Source: a virus
Virus record (IMG/VR): IMGVR_UViG_3300032103_000260
Coordinates: 87,224 to 151,223 of that record
Reading direction: 5' to 3' (one strand)
Length of the DNA stretch: 64,000 nt
Shown: piece by piece, positions 38,346-48,996 of the stretch
Layout of the letters: the number at the start of each line of letters is the position of its first letter
Numbering within the stretch: the stretch's first letter is position 1
The notes under the pieces: generated by a model
Databases searched by the model: none
The model's input: the letters and a program-made list of their open reading frames with translations, nothing else
What the model was told of the DNA's origin: nothing
Program-made: the position numbers and the translations under genes

Positions 38346-39659
38346 TTAACTAATTAAACTTTTTAATATTCTTATAAATTGATTTATTTTTTCTCTTAAA
38401 ATAACTGCAGAAACTACTGCAACAATTTTAAGTAATTCTTTTTTCACTAAGTCAAAAATAAATTTATTAATTGTTGTTTTTGCTGTTTTTGCTAAACAAT
38501 CAGCATTATTTCTATTTTTTTTTAATTCATTGATAGGTGAATCTAAAGTTGCAATACCATTATTTTTAAATCCACTAACTATTAATTGAAATGCTCTTAT
38601 TTGAGGTGTTGTTGTAATGGCTTCCATTATTGCTCTTACTATTGTATTTGTTAATCTTTTAAAAAAACCATCTTTAATTGTTTTTTTATTATTGTTTTTT
38701 AACTCTTGTTGCGTGGGATCGGTAACGCTTTGATCTATTGTATTTTCATACAAATCACCAACTAATGTAGGATCACTACTTCCTGTTACTGAACTAATTA
38801 AATTTTCTGTATCAGTTAAATTTAATGAAGCATCAACACAATCACAACAACCAATTTGAATTTGTGTCACACCTTTATATCTTTGTTCTGCAAGTTTTAA
38901 TATTTCATCTAATTCGTTATCTAAAATATCAATATCTTCTTCTTCAGCTAAAAGTTTATCAAGTGATTTATTAAATTTTTCAAGCTCAAAAACAGTGTTT
39001 AATGTATTGTCTTTAGACTTTGAACTAATATTTCCATATATGGAATCAAGAACTTTACTATTAAGTTCTTTTTCATCAATAAGTGTTAATCCATCTATAT
39101 ATTCATTAATAAAATCACCTTTAGTCATTGATGGGTTAGTTCCCTTAAATATAAAATCATCAATGACTTCATCATAACGAATAGTCATACTTGAATTATA
39201 TACTATATCGGTATTTGGATTAGCAATTGCGTCATATGACTTTCTATCAAAACCATTAACATTATCACCATATAATAATTTACCGACATCATTTGATGGA
39301 TCATTATTAAATTTACCCGATATATCAATATTTTTTGCTGGAGTTCTAAATCCTGTAGTTGTAAATGTACCTGATATGGTAGTATCAGAATTATATAATG
39401 TATTTAATTTTTTTAATTCGTCTTTTAATGCTGGAGTTACATTTCTAATATATTTAGTCATTATTTTACCAAAAACACCTTTTACAGCTTCACTACCTGA
39501 TGTAACTGTAATTATATCAAGCATTAAAGGTATTGGTTCCTTTTTGTTATTAATTGATGAAAAAGTATTAACATTATCAGTTCTTTTTTGATTTTTTTGA
39601 ACTGAAGTGTAAGCACCTAATTCGGTGAATATCCCCTTTTTATCATCGATTAAACCCAT
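38346..39659 (-). CDS. Putative structural protein
   Basis: 437-aa ORF in the late-type operon with the spike gene. Confidence 0.5.
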   Translation of the reverse strand: MGLIDDKKGIFTELGAYTSVQKNQKRTDNVNTFSSINNKKEPIPLMLDIITVTSGSEAVKGVFGKIMTKYIRNVTPALKDELKKLNTLYNSDTTISGTFTTTGFRTPAKNIDISGKFNNDPSNDVGKLLYGDNVNGFDRKSYDAIANPNTDIVYNSSMTIRYDEVIDDFIFKGTNPSMTKGDFINEYIDGLTLIDEKELNSKVLDSIYGNISSKSKDNTLNTVFELEKFNKSLDKLLAEEEDIDILDNELDEILKLAEQRYKGVTQIQIGCCDCVDASLNLTDTENLISSVTGSSDPTLVGDLYENTIDQSVTDPTQQELKNNNKKTIKDGFFKRLTNTIVRAIMEAITTTPQIRAFQLIVSGFKNNGIATLDSPINELKKNRNNADCLAKTAKTTINKFIFDLVKKELLKIVAVVSAVILREKINQFIRILKSLIS

Positions 39660-40027
39660 TATTTTTTAATTTCTAATTCACTTTTAACTAAATTAAGAAG
39701 AGCATTTCTTCTTTCGTTTGAAATACTACCACTGGTAGTATCTTCTTGTCCACTATCTTTGGTAGGAACATCTTTATACGCAACTTCTTTTAAAAATTTT
39801 AATAAAAGTAATTTTTGATCTTGATTTTTAGCTTCGGCTTGAATTAGTTTAACTATTTGTTCACCTAATACAGCTATTTTAGTTTCATCATTAACATACC
39901 TTTCCCATTTTCTGAATAGCATTGTGATTTTGGCTCTAATATTGTGTGAGTCATTGTAAATCTCTTGAAGAAGATTGTTTGCACTTTCTTCATCAAATTT
40001 TATTTGTTTTCTTTTAATTCTTGGCAT
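39659..40027 (-). CDS. Hypothetical helical protein
   Basis: First gene after the late-type motif at 40044. Confidence 0.55.
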   Translation of the reverse strand: MPRIKRKQIKFDEESANNLLQEIYNDSHNIRAKITMLFRKWERYVNDETKIAVLGEQIVKLIQAEAKNQDQKLLLLKFLKEVAYKDVPTKDSGQEDTTSGSISNERRNALLNLVKSELEIKK

Positions 40028-40065
40028 ATACCTATAATTTATAATAAATACATTTCACCAAAAAA

Positions 40066-40875
40066 TTATTCATCAGTATCATAAAATATGGTTTTTTCTA
40101 AAAAATAGATATTTTTAAATGATTTCATTAAAAATCTAATTTCTTTAGTTGATAAACCTGTTTGTTCTTTTAAAAACAATAAAATCTTATTTTTTTGATA
40201 GTTATTAGTAACTCTTTTATTGAATTTACCTTCCATTGTTTCCTCTAAAAACAATACGTGCCAATTATCTAATATATTTATTATTGCATCACCCACAATA
40301 ATTTCGTTTTTCTTTAGCGATTTATCTGTATCAATTTTTTCTCTTATTTTAGTAATAACATTATTAATTAACTGCTGTAATTCATCGTGTTCATTTTTAT
40401 CTATTTCATATAAATATTCTTCTTTTTGTAATATTTCTTCAGAGTAGTTTTCAAAACTGAGTATTGTTTTCTTTTCTTTATAACTTTTTCTACCATGATC
40501 CTTAAAGTAATTTCTGACAATTGTTTGACAATAACTAAATGCTCTTACTTTTTGACCCATTTTATTTAGTTTGTCAGGATTAAACTTAACCATGTTCTCA
40601 ATTAGATGAGACAACCCATTCATTTCGATTTCTTTTATATCGTAGTTACCAATATGAATGGGGTATTTTCTAAGAATAGATTCAACCATTTTTTGAAATG
40701 GTTTTTTTAATACTCTATTGTAAATTGCTTCTCTTTCATCAGGTGATTTACTATTAATATAATCAACTAATGCCTTTTCTTCTTTTTGCCCAAAATAATT
40801 CTTACTATCAGCTTCTTCAATATTATCTATTGATGTTGTATCTTCTACAATAACTTTTTTTAGTTCCTTTTTCAT
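40066..40875 (-). CDS. Phage sigma factor for late transcription (gp55-like)
   Basis: NYF...Y...IYN...KMVESI...KFNPDK...AFSYCQTIVRNYF sigma region-2-like pattern. Confidence 0.7.
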   Translation of the reverse strand: MKKELKKVIVEDTTSIDNIEEADSKNYFGQKEEKALVDYINSKSPDEREAIYNRVLKKPFQKMVESILRKYPIHIGNYDIKEIEMNGLSHLIENMVKFNPDKLNKMGQKVRAFSYCQTIVRNYFKDHGRKSYKEKKTILSFENYSEEILQKEEYLYEIDKNEHDELQQLINNVITKIREKIDTDKSLKKNEIIVGDAIINILDNWHVLFLEETMEGKFNKRVTNNYQKNKILLFLKEQTGLSTKEIRFLMKSFKNIYFLEKTIFYDTDE

Positions 40876-40901
40876 TATTCATAATAAATATCATATTTAA
40901 G

Positions 40902-41720
40902 TTATTGCTGTACTGATACTAATAATTCAGATTTATTAATGTCTCTATCAGTATTAAAATTACTTTCTTTCTTTGCAGTTTCAAACCAAAATTTTCTTTC
41001 TTTTAAAGTCATTGTTGTAGCATATTTTGCAAATAAACTATTTGGTCTTGTTACAACATGTTTATATATTGTTTTAGGTATTACAAAAATTTTACTACCC
41101 ATATTTACATATCTAAGAAGTAATTCATAATTAAATGTTAAATCAATTTTAGTTTTTAACATGCCATTATTTTTATATTCTTCTGTCTTAAAAATTGAAC
41201 CAGCAATTTTAAAATCAGTATATTGTGAAAGTGCTTTAGCATTCAAATAACCAATAATACCATTTTCTCCAACAAATTGCTTTGACCATACTGGTTCATT
41301 AGTTAATTTAAGTGGACGATTTTCTTCATTTACTTCAACAATAATTGACATAAATAAATCAATGTCAGGATATGCAAAGGTATATCTTTTATAATTTTTC
41401 AAAAATTTAATACTTAATTCATCATCAAATTCAAGTATTGTAAAATATTTTGTATTAATGTTATTAACACCAAAATTTACTTGACCTTGAAAAGATGTGT
41501 TACCTTGATTAATAATTGTTTGAGGTGTAAATGGTAATTCTATTTTAGAAATTAATTCATCAATATTATTTTTAACTACCTCTGATGCTGATACAATAAT
41601 AACAGCAGGAAATAAATTATTAGCTTCTTCTTGATTTTTTACTGAATCAAGTGCAGTTTTTAAATATTTTTCTACAGTTTCATCAAATTCGTGAACTGGT
41701 ATAATTACAGATAATTCCAT
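40902..41720 (-). CDS. GT-A fold glycosyltransferase (GT2)
   Basis: LSVIIPVH, ALDSV, ILEFDDE. Confidence 0.8.
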   Translation of the reverse strand: MELSVIIPVHEFDETVEKYLKTALDSVKNQEEANNLFPAVIIVSASEVVKNNIDELISKIELPFTPQTIINQGNTSFQGQVNFGVNNINTKYFTILEFDDELSIKFLKNYKRYTFAYPDIDLFMSIIVEVNEENRPLKLTNEPVWSKQFVGENGIIGYLNAKALSQYTDFKIAGSIFKTEEYKNNGMLKTKIDLTFNYELLLRYVNMGSKIFVIPKTIYKHVVTRPNSLFAKYATTMTLKERKFWFETAKKESNFNTDRDINKSELLVSVQQ

Positions 41721-41744
41721 GTTTATATTTTATTTTAAATAATG

Positions 41745-42890
41745 TTATGATTGTGGTACTTCAACTAATTTTACAGCACCTTTACGAGCTTCAATTTCTT
41801 TTTCAAGTGTTTGAAGTCTTTCGTCTAGTAATGATTTATAGTATGTTGATAAATCAGACTCTGACTTTTCAACACAATATTTTGATACAATTTCTTGCAT
41901 TGTTATATATGTTTCATCTGAAATATTATCATCTAAAAATTTAGTTATAACATCACCAATTAACTTAGGTAATGCATAAAGATCGTTTGTCCATACACCA
42001 GAATTTTGTACATATTCATTCTTTTCACGATCAATTAAATACTCAGGAGTTACATCTGGTAGTAATGCAACAGGTATTGTACCACATTTCATACATTCAA
42101 GTGGAAATGTACCAAAGCTAGATAAACGATCAATCCACAATGCGGCAAAGTTTTTAGATAATCTTTCTGCAAAATCTTTTCTTTTCATTGGTTGAGGCGG
42201 TTTTGATTCGGTTTGCATAGTATCAAAACCAATCCAACTATAATGAGGATATTTTAAATAAAATAATTTAATAACCTTAGTAACATCATTAGCATTTCTA
42301 CTAACAACTGAAATTATTGGTTTTTTTGGTTCTTTAGATGAATTAAAATAATCGGGAATTCCAATTGTATATGTTTTAATATCAAATTTATCTTGTCCAA
42401 AATAATCTTTAATTAAAGATTTTAGTTGTTCACTAGTAGTAAGTACATTTTTAATACCAAATGAACTCCAATCCATTGTAGGCACTAAAGCATTTAATGC
42501 AAAATCAATTGATTGAACAAATGCTACTCTAATGGATGGCAAGTTTTTAGTTTGTTCCATAACATTTGAGAATATTTCTGGAATAACCAATACGTCTTCA
42601 GGGCCAACCGTTAATTGTGCTTTAGTCATTGACATATGTTGTACCTGAACTAATTCGGTATCAAGATATGATGGAATAGTATATTCTTCCGTATCTGTTA
42701 ATATTACAACAGTATATCCCATTTTTTTCACAACATTAGCATGAAAATAAATTTCATGTATTGCTGCTGATGGTTGTGGAGTATTAGCAACAAAAAACAT
42801 GAATTTGCTTTTGTTTGTCTTTAATAGTTCTACAGTTTTAGTTAATTTTTCAAGTTCTACTTGATTTAATTGTTCTTCTCTTTGATCCAT
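41745..42890 (-). CDS. GT-B fold glycosyltransferase (GT4-like)
   Basis: DVLVIPE, SSFGTFPLECMKCG (ExFGxxxLEAMxxG variant). Confidence 0.7.
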   Translation of the reverse strand: MDQREEQLNQVELEKLTKTVELLKTNKSKFMFFVANTPQPSAAIHEIYFHANVVKKMGYTVVILTDTEEYTIPSYLDTELVQVQHMSMTKAQLTVGPEDVLVIPEIFSNVMEQTKNLPSIRVAFVQSIDFALNALVPTMDWSSFGIKNVLTTSEQLKSLIKDYFGQDKFDIKTYTIGIPDYFNSSKEPKKPIISVVSRNANDVTKVIKLFYLKYPHYSWIGFDTMQTESKPPQPMKRKDFAERLSKNFAALWIDRLSSFGTFPLECMKCGTIPVALLPDVTPEYLIDREKNEYVQNSGVWTNDLYALPKLIGDVITKFLDDNISDETYITMQEIVSKYCVEKSESDLSTYYKSLLDERLQTLEKEIEARKGAVKLVEVPQS

Positions 42891-42909
42891 TTTAGTTTAT
42901 AGTTTTTTA

Positions 42910-43644
42910 TTATTGTAATAATTTTTGTTCTGTTGTCTGAAATAATTTTTCAATATCATTATAATTTAATATGTCAATAATACTTGTAACATTTAAATCT
43001 CCAGTTAATTGTTCATTCCATTGTCGATTAAATTTAATTACTTTTTTGTTTATTGGTTTTGATTTAATTAACTCAGGGTCTGTTGTTATAATACAATCCA
43101 TCATATTCCAAATAACATTACTATCTTCAAAAAAATGATAACTCATATATCTTGATATAGCTTTGCTTAAAAAAAATAATGTAGACGGAATTGATAATAT
43201 ATTTTCTTTAGAAATAATTCTAATGTCAAAAGTGTCTTTATATTTTTTATAAAATTTTTCAAAATCAACTTCAACATTTTTATATAATAATGGTGCTGCA
43301 CCAAAAATTTCAAATACATAATCTTCATATAAAAATTTTTTATATGCTGCATTCGAACTAATATTTTCTATTTCAGATTTAAATGCAAAAGCATCTACTG
43401 GTGCTTCATTAGTTTTTGGATTTACAATATACTCAAGTGGTGATACTTCTTCAGGTAATTCCTCATTTAAAAAATTAGTTGTTTGAATGATATTTTCAAA
43501 TTTATAATGATTTCTAAAATCAAATGTATCAAATGGTTCAATTACTCCATCTATACCAAATTCAGAAACATAGCATTGATCAAACTTTTGCCATCTTCCT
43601 CTAATTATTTCATTTATATCAATTCCTATTATTGGTTTATTCAT
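42910..43644 (-). CDS. HAD-superfamily 5'(3')-nucleotidase-like protein
   Basis: IIGIDINEII motif I variant; IKFNRQWN C-terminus. Confidence 0.6.
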   Translation of the reverse strand: MNKPIIGIDINEIIRGRWQKFDQCYVSEFGIDGVIEPFDTFDFRNHYKFENIIQTTNFLNEELPEEVSPLEYIVNPKTNEAPVDAFAFKSEIENISSNAAYKKFLYEDYVFEIFGAAPLLYKNVEVDFEKFYKKYKDTFDIRIISKENILSIPSTLFFLSKAISRYMSYHFFEDSNVIWNMMDCIITTDPELIKSKPINKKVIKFNRQWNEQLTGDLNVTSIIDILNYNDIEKLFQTTEQKLLQ

Positions 43645-43648
43645 ACTA

Positions 43649-44074
43649 TTAAATTGATTTTGGTACTATAATTACTTTATCATCATATGTTGTTAATAAA
43701 ACATTTCTAATTTCATTTATACCTTGTTTTAAATAGATTGGATCAATACAAATTTTTAAATCAGGGTCTTCTTCAGATAAGAATTTTTTTAACTCAGATA
43801 GTTTCATTGTTTCATCACTAGGCTTTTTAAGCATTTCATCATAATTCATATCCATACTATAATTATATGAATCTTCATTAAACGTATCTACACCTAATGG
43901 ATCATCTAAATCTGCAACAATTAATGCAATATCTATCGGATAACCATATATTTCTTCAATTTTTTTAATTGAATCATGTAATTCTTTTTTTACAGATTTA
44001 TCAGATAAACGTTCATATATTTTTTTTAGAACCATATTTCTTTTATCTTCTGGTAATTCATTGTTGTCCATCAT
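43649..44074 (-). CDS. Hypothetical protein
   Basis: In operon. Confidence 0.5.
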   Translation of the reverse strand: MMDNNELPEDKRNMVLKKIYERLSDKSVKKELHDSIKKIEEIYGYPIDIALIVADLDDPLGVDTFNEDSYNYSMDMNYDEMLKKPSDETMKLSELKKFLSEEDPDLKICIDPIYLKQGINEIRNVLLTTYDDKVIIVPKSI

Positions 44075-44351
44075 CTTCTTTTGGTTTTAATTCATTAATG
44101 TAATGGTTTAAATATTCTTGTAATTCATCCATTTTTAATCTATGCTCTTTAATGAGTTCAGCATCAGTAATATATTTTGGATTTATACATTCTATTCTAG
44201 TATCGACTTGTTTTGTTGGAATAACAATTATTTCACCAACAAATTTAGATTCTGATTTTACTCTATCTAAAATTAGAGATACATATTGCTCTATTTTATC
44301 TTCTGGAAAAAAAGCTGTACCTATATAATAAACTAATATTAAATTATCCAT
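44058..44351 (-). CDS. Hypothetical protein
   Basis: In operon. Confidence 0.55.
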   Translation of the reverse strand: MDNLILVYYIGTAFFPEDKIEQYVSLILDRVKSESKFVGEIIVIPTKQVDTRIECINPKYITDAELIKEHRLKMDELQEYLNHYINELKPKEDDGQQ

Positions 44352-45132
44352 TTATAAAACCCCTTTTAGCTGACTTTCCTTCCTTTTCTAATTCTTGAAA
44401 GTATTTATTATATCCTTCTTCAATATAATTGATAATTGGATTACGAATACTTGCATCTGAAGCATCCATTTTTAGTACACCAATTTTATTACTATCCTCA
44501 AACATTTTAATTAAAATTTCTAATGAACTTTCATTTTTATTTTTTAAATCTATTTGATTGGTATCACCTAATAATATCATTTTACAATTCTCACCAATAC
44601 GAGTAAGTATTGTTCTTGCATTATCAATTGTAATATTTTGAGCTTCATCAATTATTACAATTGCATTATCCAGTGTAGTACCTCTAATATATGCTAATGG
44701 AAATGGTCTAATAACATCACTATCAAATAATGATTTAATCTCATTGCCACTAACCAATTTGTCAACATTAAGAAGAAAACTCCACATAAAAGGTTCTATT
44801 TTTTCACTTAAATCACCTTTTAAAAAACCAACTTCTTCGCCTTTTAATGTTGTTACTGATTTTACTAAATAAATTTTTCTATAATTATTTTCTTCGTTTT
44901 TTAATAATGATAGTGCCATTCCTAATGATACTATAGTTTTCCCACAACCGGGAGGCCCTGCACAAATCGTTATTTCTTTTTCATTTATCAATTTAATTAA
45001 TTTTCTCTGACTTTCATTTTTAGCATGTATTTTTACATCTGAAATCACAATGTTATTAATCAAGTCTTTTGCTTGTTTGTTAATGTCTTCTTGTGATAAC
45101 GTTAATGATTGATCCCTTTTTTTCTTAGCCAT
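44344..45132 (-). CDS. phoH: PhoH-family ATPase
   Basis: GPPGCGKT, GFLKGDLSEK, LAYIRGTT, IDEAQN, LTRIG, GDTNQID, RNPII. Confidence 0.95.
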   Translation of the reverse strand: MAKKKRDQSLTLSQEDINKQAKDLINNIVISDVKIHAKNESQRKLIKLINEKEITICAGPPGCGKTIVSLGMALSLLKNEENNYRKIYLVKSVTTLKGEEVGFLKGDLSEKIEPFMWSFLLNVDKLVSGNEIKSLFDSDVIRPFPLAYIRGTTLDNAIVIIDEAQNITIDNARTILTRIGENCKMILLGDTNQIDLKNKNESSLEILIKMFEDSNKIGVLKMDASDASIRNPIINYIEEGYNKYFQELEKEGKSAKRGFING

Positions 45133-45258
45133 TTAAAATATCATGTTTATATATGTATTATACAAATATTAACTAAAAATCTTGAATTTTTATACATTTT
45201 TTTTTAAAATTCACTATTTATAAATACAAATAATAATATTTTATAATAAATTATAAAT

Positions 45259-46206
45259 ATGAATCAAGAACCACTATTAAACGAATCTCTTAAAAACTAT
45301 TATACTAAAAAAGAGGAAGCTAATGCTGCAGTTGTAAGTAAAACTGAAAATGTAAAACTATCTCAATCAGGTTTACCTGAAAATCAATTTAATGGTGATG
45401 TAACCCCTCAGATGCCAAAATTTGATAATGTTGATGAATATATTAAAAGAACAACAACTGAAGGTGATCCAGATTTACTTGTTGGTGTTGATACTGTTAA
45501 ACTACCATCTAAAGGATTATTCTATAAAAATAGAATTAATGAAGTTATGGTAGAATACTTAACTTCAAAAGATGAAGACATCTTAACAACTCCAGCACTT
45601 ATTGAAAATGGAACTGTTTTGGATGTTATTCTTAAACGTAAAATAAAAACACCAAACATTAGTGTTGGTGATCTATTGGTTGGAGATAAGGATGCTATTC
45701 TTATTTTCTTAAGAGCATCATCTTATGGTAAGGATTATGATGTTAATGTAACTGATCCATTTACTGGAAAACAATTTAAGGCTACCATTGATTTAACTAA
45801 ATTAAAAAACAGGGAAATTACTGAATTTCCTGATGAAAAAGGTGAATTTACTGTTGAATTACCAATGAGAAAAAAGGTTGCTAAATTCAGAATGCTAACT
45901 TCAAGAGAAATTGATGAGGTGATTAAGAAAGCTGATGCAATGAAAGAAGCATATAATCAAGATTATAACGAATTGAATACTCTTAGACTTAAAACACAAG
46001 TTACCGAAATTGATGGTAAAAGAGACAAAATGTATATCAGTAGATTTATCGATGCTATGCCAGCTTTGGATTCATTAACATTGAGAAGAAAGATACTTGA
46101 GGTAAGTCCCGGTGTTGATATGAATTATCAGTTTACTTCACCTGCTGGAAATACATTTAAAGCTCCAATTGTAATGGGTATTGATTTTTTTTTCCCAAGT
46201 CTTTAG
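45259..46206 (+). CDS. Baseplate hub assembly / tail assembly chaperone (gp26-like)
   Basis: VKLPSKGLFY, LTSKDEDIL, GDKDAILIFLRASSYG, C-terminal DFFFP; two genes upstream of the tape measure gene. Confidence 0.75.
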   Translation: MNQEPLLNESLKNYYTKKEEANAAVVSKTENVKLSQSGLPENQFNGDVTPQMPKFDNVDEYIKRTTTEGDPDLLVGVDTVKLPSKGLFYKNRINEVMVEYLTSKDEDILTTPALIENGTVLDVILKRKIKTPNISVGDLLVGDKDAILIFLRASSYGKDYDVNVTDPFTGKQFKATIDLTKLKNREITEFPDEKGEFTVELPMRKKVAKFRMLTSREIDEVIKKADAMKEAYNQDYNELNTLRLKTQVTEIDGKRDKMYISRFIDAMPALDSLTLRRKILEVSPGVDMNYQFTSPAGNTFKAPIVMGIDFFFPSL

Positions 46207-46215
46207 CGGGGGACT
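46185..46215 (+). other. Putative programmed -1 ribosomal frameshift site
   Basis: T9 run (T TTT TTT / T TTT TTC) just before the stop; the -1 frame is open and in frame with ORF 46224-46418; downstream G-rich hairpin. Confidence 0.7.
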
Positions 46216-46223
46216 ATAAAAAA

Positions 46224-46418
46224 ATGGTAATTCAGGAGATTTACCTGCTAACCAAACATGGTAAATTTGCTTCAGAATATATAGAAAATATTCCAGTCTG
46301 GAAAAGAAGATATTATCTTCATCTTCTTGAAAAAGAAGCCAAAGAGACTAAGGAAATGTATGAAAAACAAGCCAGAAAGAATAAAACTCAATCAGTTTCT
46401 GGTATAAGAAAGAGATAA
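46224..46418 (+). CDS. Tail chaperone C-terminal part (gp51-like / lambda T-like)
   Basis: EIYLL...IENIPVWKRRYYL; immediately before the tape measure gene. Confidence 0.7.
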   Translation: MVIQEIYLLTKHGKFASEYIENIPVWKRRYYLHLLEKEAKETKEMYEKQARKNKTQSVSGIRKR

Positions 46419-46424
46419 TAAGTT

Positions 46425-46451
46425 AAACCCTTCGAATTTGAAGGGTTTTTT
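46425..46451 (+). terminator. Intrinsic terminator
   Basis: aaacccttc-gaattt-gaagggttt followed by T tract. Confidence 0.8.
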
Positions 46452-46489
46452 ATTTTAAAGGTATTTATTAGAAGTAATATACTAATACT

Positions 46490-48991
46490 ATGGCTAATTC
46501 AAATGATGAATTAAGAAGAAAAATTGAACTTCAAGAAAAAATAAATGCACTTGTTGATGAAGAAAGACAAGCAGTATTTGGTATATCAAATGAACAAAAA
46601 AAACTTGAATCTATTAATAGACAAATTAAAAAAAATTATAATGTAATTAATAGAATTACTGATGATGTACTAAAAACTGGTAGAGATTTAACTAAAGAAG
46701 AAGAAAAACAACTTAAATTACTTGGTAAGCATACAGGTGAATTAGAAAAACAAATAAAAAAACAAGAATTAAAGAAAAAATTATGGGAAAGCATTAAAAC
46801 TAATACATTATCCTATCTAGAATATTTAATGCAATCTGATAAAGCTATCAGACAAGCAAATCTTAATTTAGGATTATCAGGAAAAAACGCTGAAAGACTT
46901 CGTAAGAATTTTGAAGATTCAGCAGTTCAATTAGCATATCTTGGTTCTAATTTACAAGAACTATCAGAAATGCAAACAACATATTCTGATTTAACTGGTA
47001 GACAAACTTTATTATATAAAGATGCTGCTATTGCAGCAACACAAATTGCTAAAGGTACATCATTGGGTGCTCAAGGTGCTGGAGAACTTTTAGGTAATAT
47101 GGAATTAGTTGGTACTAATGCTGAAGATACAGCTAAAATGGTACAGAATGTTGTAGACTCATCTGAAAAATTCGGTGTAAATAGTAATAAGATATTAAAA
47201 ACTATGAATACAAATTTTAAGAGATTTGCATCATATGGATTTAAAACAGGTGTTGCTGGTATGTCTGATATGGCAATGTATTCAGAGAAATTTAAAGTTA
47301 GTATGCAAAGTACTTTAAATGCTGCTGATAAAGCCAGAACACTTGAAGGTGCTGTTGAATTAGCATCTAAATTACAAGTATTGGGTGGTGAGTTTGCTAA
47401 AACCGATCCATTTAAAATGTTATATGAATCACGTAATGATCCTAAAAAATTCATGCAGTCAATTAATGAAATGACTAAAGGAATGGCATCATTACGTAAA
47501 ACATCTGAAGGTTTTGAATTTGATTTAACATCTCCACAATCAAGAGATGTACTTGCTAAAGCAGCAGAAGCACTTGGTATGTCAACTGAAGAACTTACTG
47601 AGCAAGCAATTCAAATGTCTAAGATACAAGAGATGCGTAGACAATTATCTGGTAGCGGTATTCTTAATACTGATGATCGTGAATTAATTGAAGGTATGGC
47701 TCAATTTGAAAAGAATACTGGTAAATTCTATGTAATGGTTAATGATCAGAAAAAGGAATTATCTAAACTTAACAAAACAGAAATTGAGGGATTAAAATCA
47801 CAAAAAACTTCATTAGAAGATAGAGCTAAAGCAGCACAAAATTTTGATGAACAATTAAAAGCAACTGTCGAAGGATTAAAGGCTGCATTACTACCAATGT
47901 TAAAAGGAATAAATCAAGTACTTGACTTTATTGCACCTATAATGAAAACTATTAGCGGTGTATTTGATTCAGTTCCTGAATGGGGTAAAAAATTAATGGG
48001 TGGCACTGCAGCATTATTACTTGGTGCTGTTGCTATTGTAAAATCAATATCAGGAATTAAATCTATTGGTGGTGTTGTTGGAAAAGGGGTTACAAGTGCT
48101 GTAACTCAAAAAGGTGGTAGTGTTCATAGTGATAAATTAAGAAAAAGTGCTGCTGGTGCTGTGGCTAAAAAAGCAACAGGTGGTGGGGTATCAGAAAACA
48201 TGACTAAACAAATGAAAAAAATTGATCCTAAAACAATTCTTGCTGCTGGTGCTGCAATGATGATGTTTGGTGCGGGTATTGCATTTGCTGCTCTTGGTAT
48301 AGGTAAAATGTCTGAAAGTTTAAAAAATTTAAATACTGAACAATTAGATACTTTAAAAGATATAATGACTAAAATGACAATAATGTTTGGGGTATTTGCT
48401 GTTGGATTAACAATTGTTGGTACTGTTGCTGGTGCTGTTAAAGTACCAATGTTAGCATTTGGTGGTGCAGTACTTATGATAGGTGCTGGTGTCGGTATTG
48501 CTGCTGCTGGTATTGGATATATGGCAGAAGGTATGTCATCACTAATGAAAGCTATTGATCCAAATACTATTGTTCAATCAGCTATTGGTATTGCTGGAAT
48601 TGCATCATCATTAATGATTCTAAGTACTACAGGCTTAATTGGTTTACTTGCTCTTACTGGAGTATTAAAGTTATTATCTATGTATGGTTCTGATATGGAA
48701 CGTATAGGTAATGCATTTAAAAATATTGGAACAGTATTATCTGCTGATGCATCTAATTTTACTGCTACAGCTAATGCTATTAAAACAATAGCATCTGCCG
48801 ATGTTTCAAATAATAGTGCATTATCTCAATTAGCACAAATGTTTAATAAACCATTAAAAGTTGAATTCGATAAGAAAGAAGTTGCTTTAAATGTTAATAC
48901 CGTGATTAATATGGATGGTAGAGTAATGGCAAGTAATATGGCTAGACAAATAGCTGATGTTTCAATATACGCACAAAAAGGAAGAGCTTAA
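46490..48991 (+). CDS. Tail tape measure protein
   Basis: Helical, Ala/Gly-rich, hydrophobic C-terminal segments, typical INMDGRVMA end; follows the chaperone pair. Confidence 0.85.
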   Translation: MANSNDELRRKIELQEKINALVDEERQAVFGISNEQKKLESINRQIKKNYNVINRITDDVLKTGRDLTKEEEKQLKLLGKHTGELEKQIKKQELKKKLWESIKTNTLSYLEYLMQSDKAIRQANLNLGLSGKNAERLRKNFEDSAVQLAYLGSNLQELSEMQTTYSDLTGRQTLLYKDAAIAATQIAKGTSLGAQGAGELLGNMELVGTNAEDTAKMVQNVVDSSEKFGVNSNKILKTMNTNFKRFASYGFKTGVAGMSDMAMYSEKFKVSMQSTLNAADKARTLEGAVELASKLQVLGGEFAKTDPFKMLYESRNDPKKFMQSINEMTKGMASLRKTSEGFEFDLTSPQSRDVLAKAAEALGMSTEELTEQAIQMSKIQEMRRQLSGSGILNTDDRELIEGMAQFEKNTGKFYVMVNDQKKELSKLNKTEIEGLKSQKTSLEDRAKAAQNFDEQLKATVEGLKAALLPMLKGINQVLDFIAPIMKTISGVFDSVPEWGKKLMGGTAALLLGAVAIVKSISGIKSIGGVVGKGVTSAVTQKGGSVHSDKLRKSAAGAVAKKATGGGVSENMTKQMKKIDPKTILAAGAAMMMFGAGIAFAALGIGKMSESLKNLNTEQLDTLKDIMTKMTIMFGVFAVGLTIVGTVAGAVKVPMLAFGGAVLMIGAGVGIAAAGIGYMAEGMSSLMKAIDPNTIVQSAIGIAGIASSLMILSTTGLIGLLALTGVLKLLSMYGSDMERIGNAFKNIGTVLSADASNFTATANAIKTIASADVSNNSALSQLAQMFNKPLKVEFDKKEVALNVNTVINMDGRVMASNMARQIADVSIYAQKGRA

Positions 48992-48996
48992 GGAAA

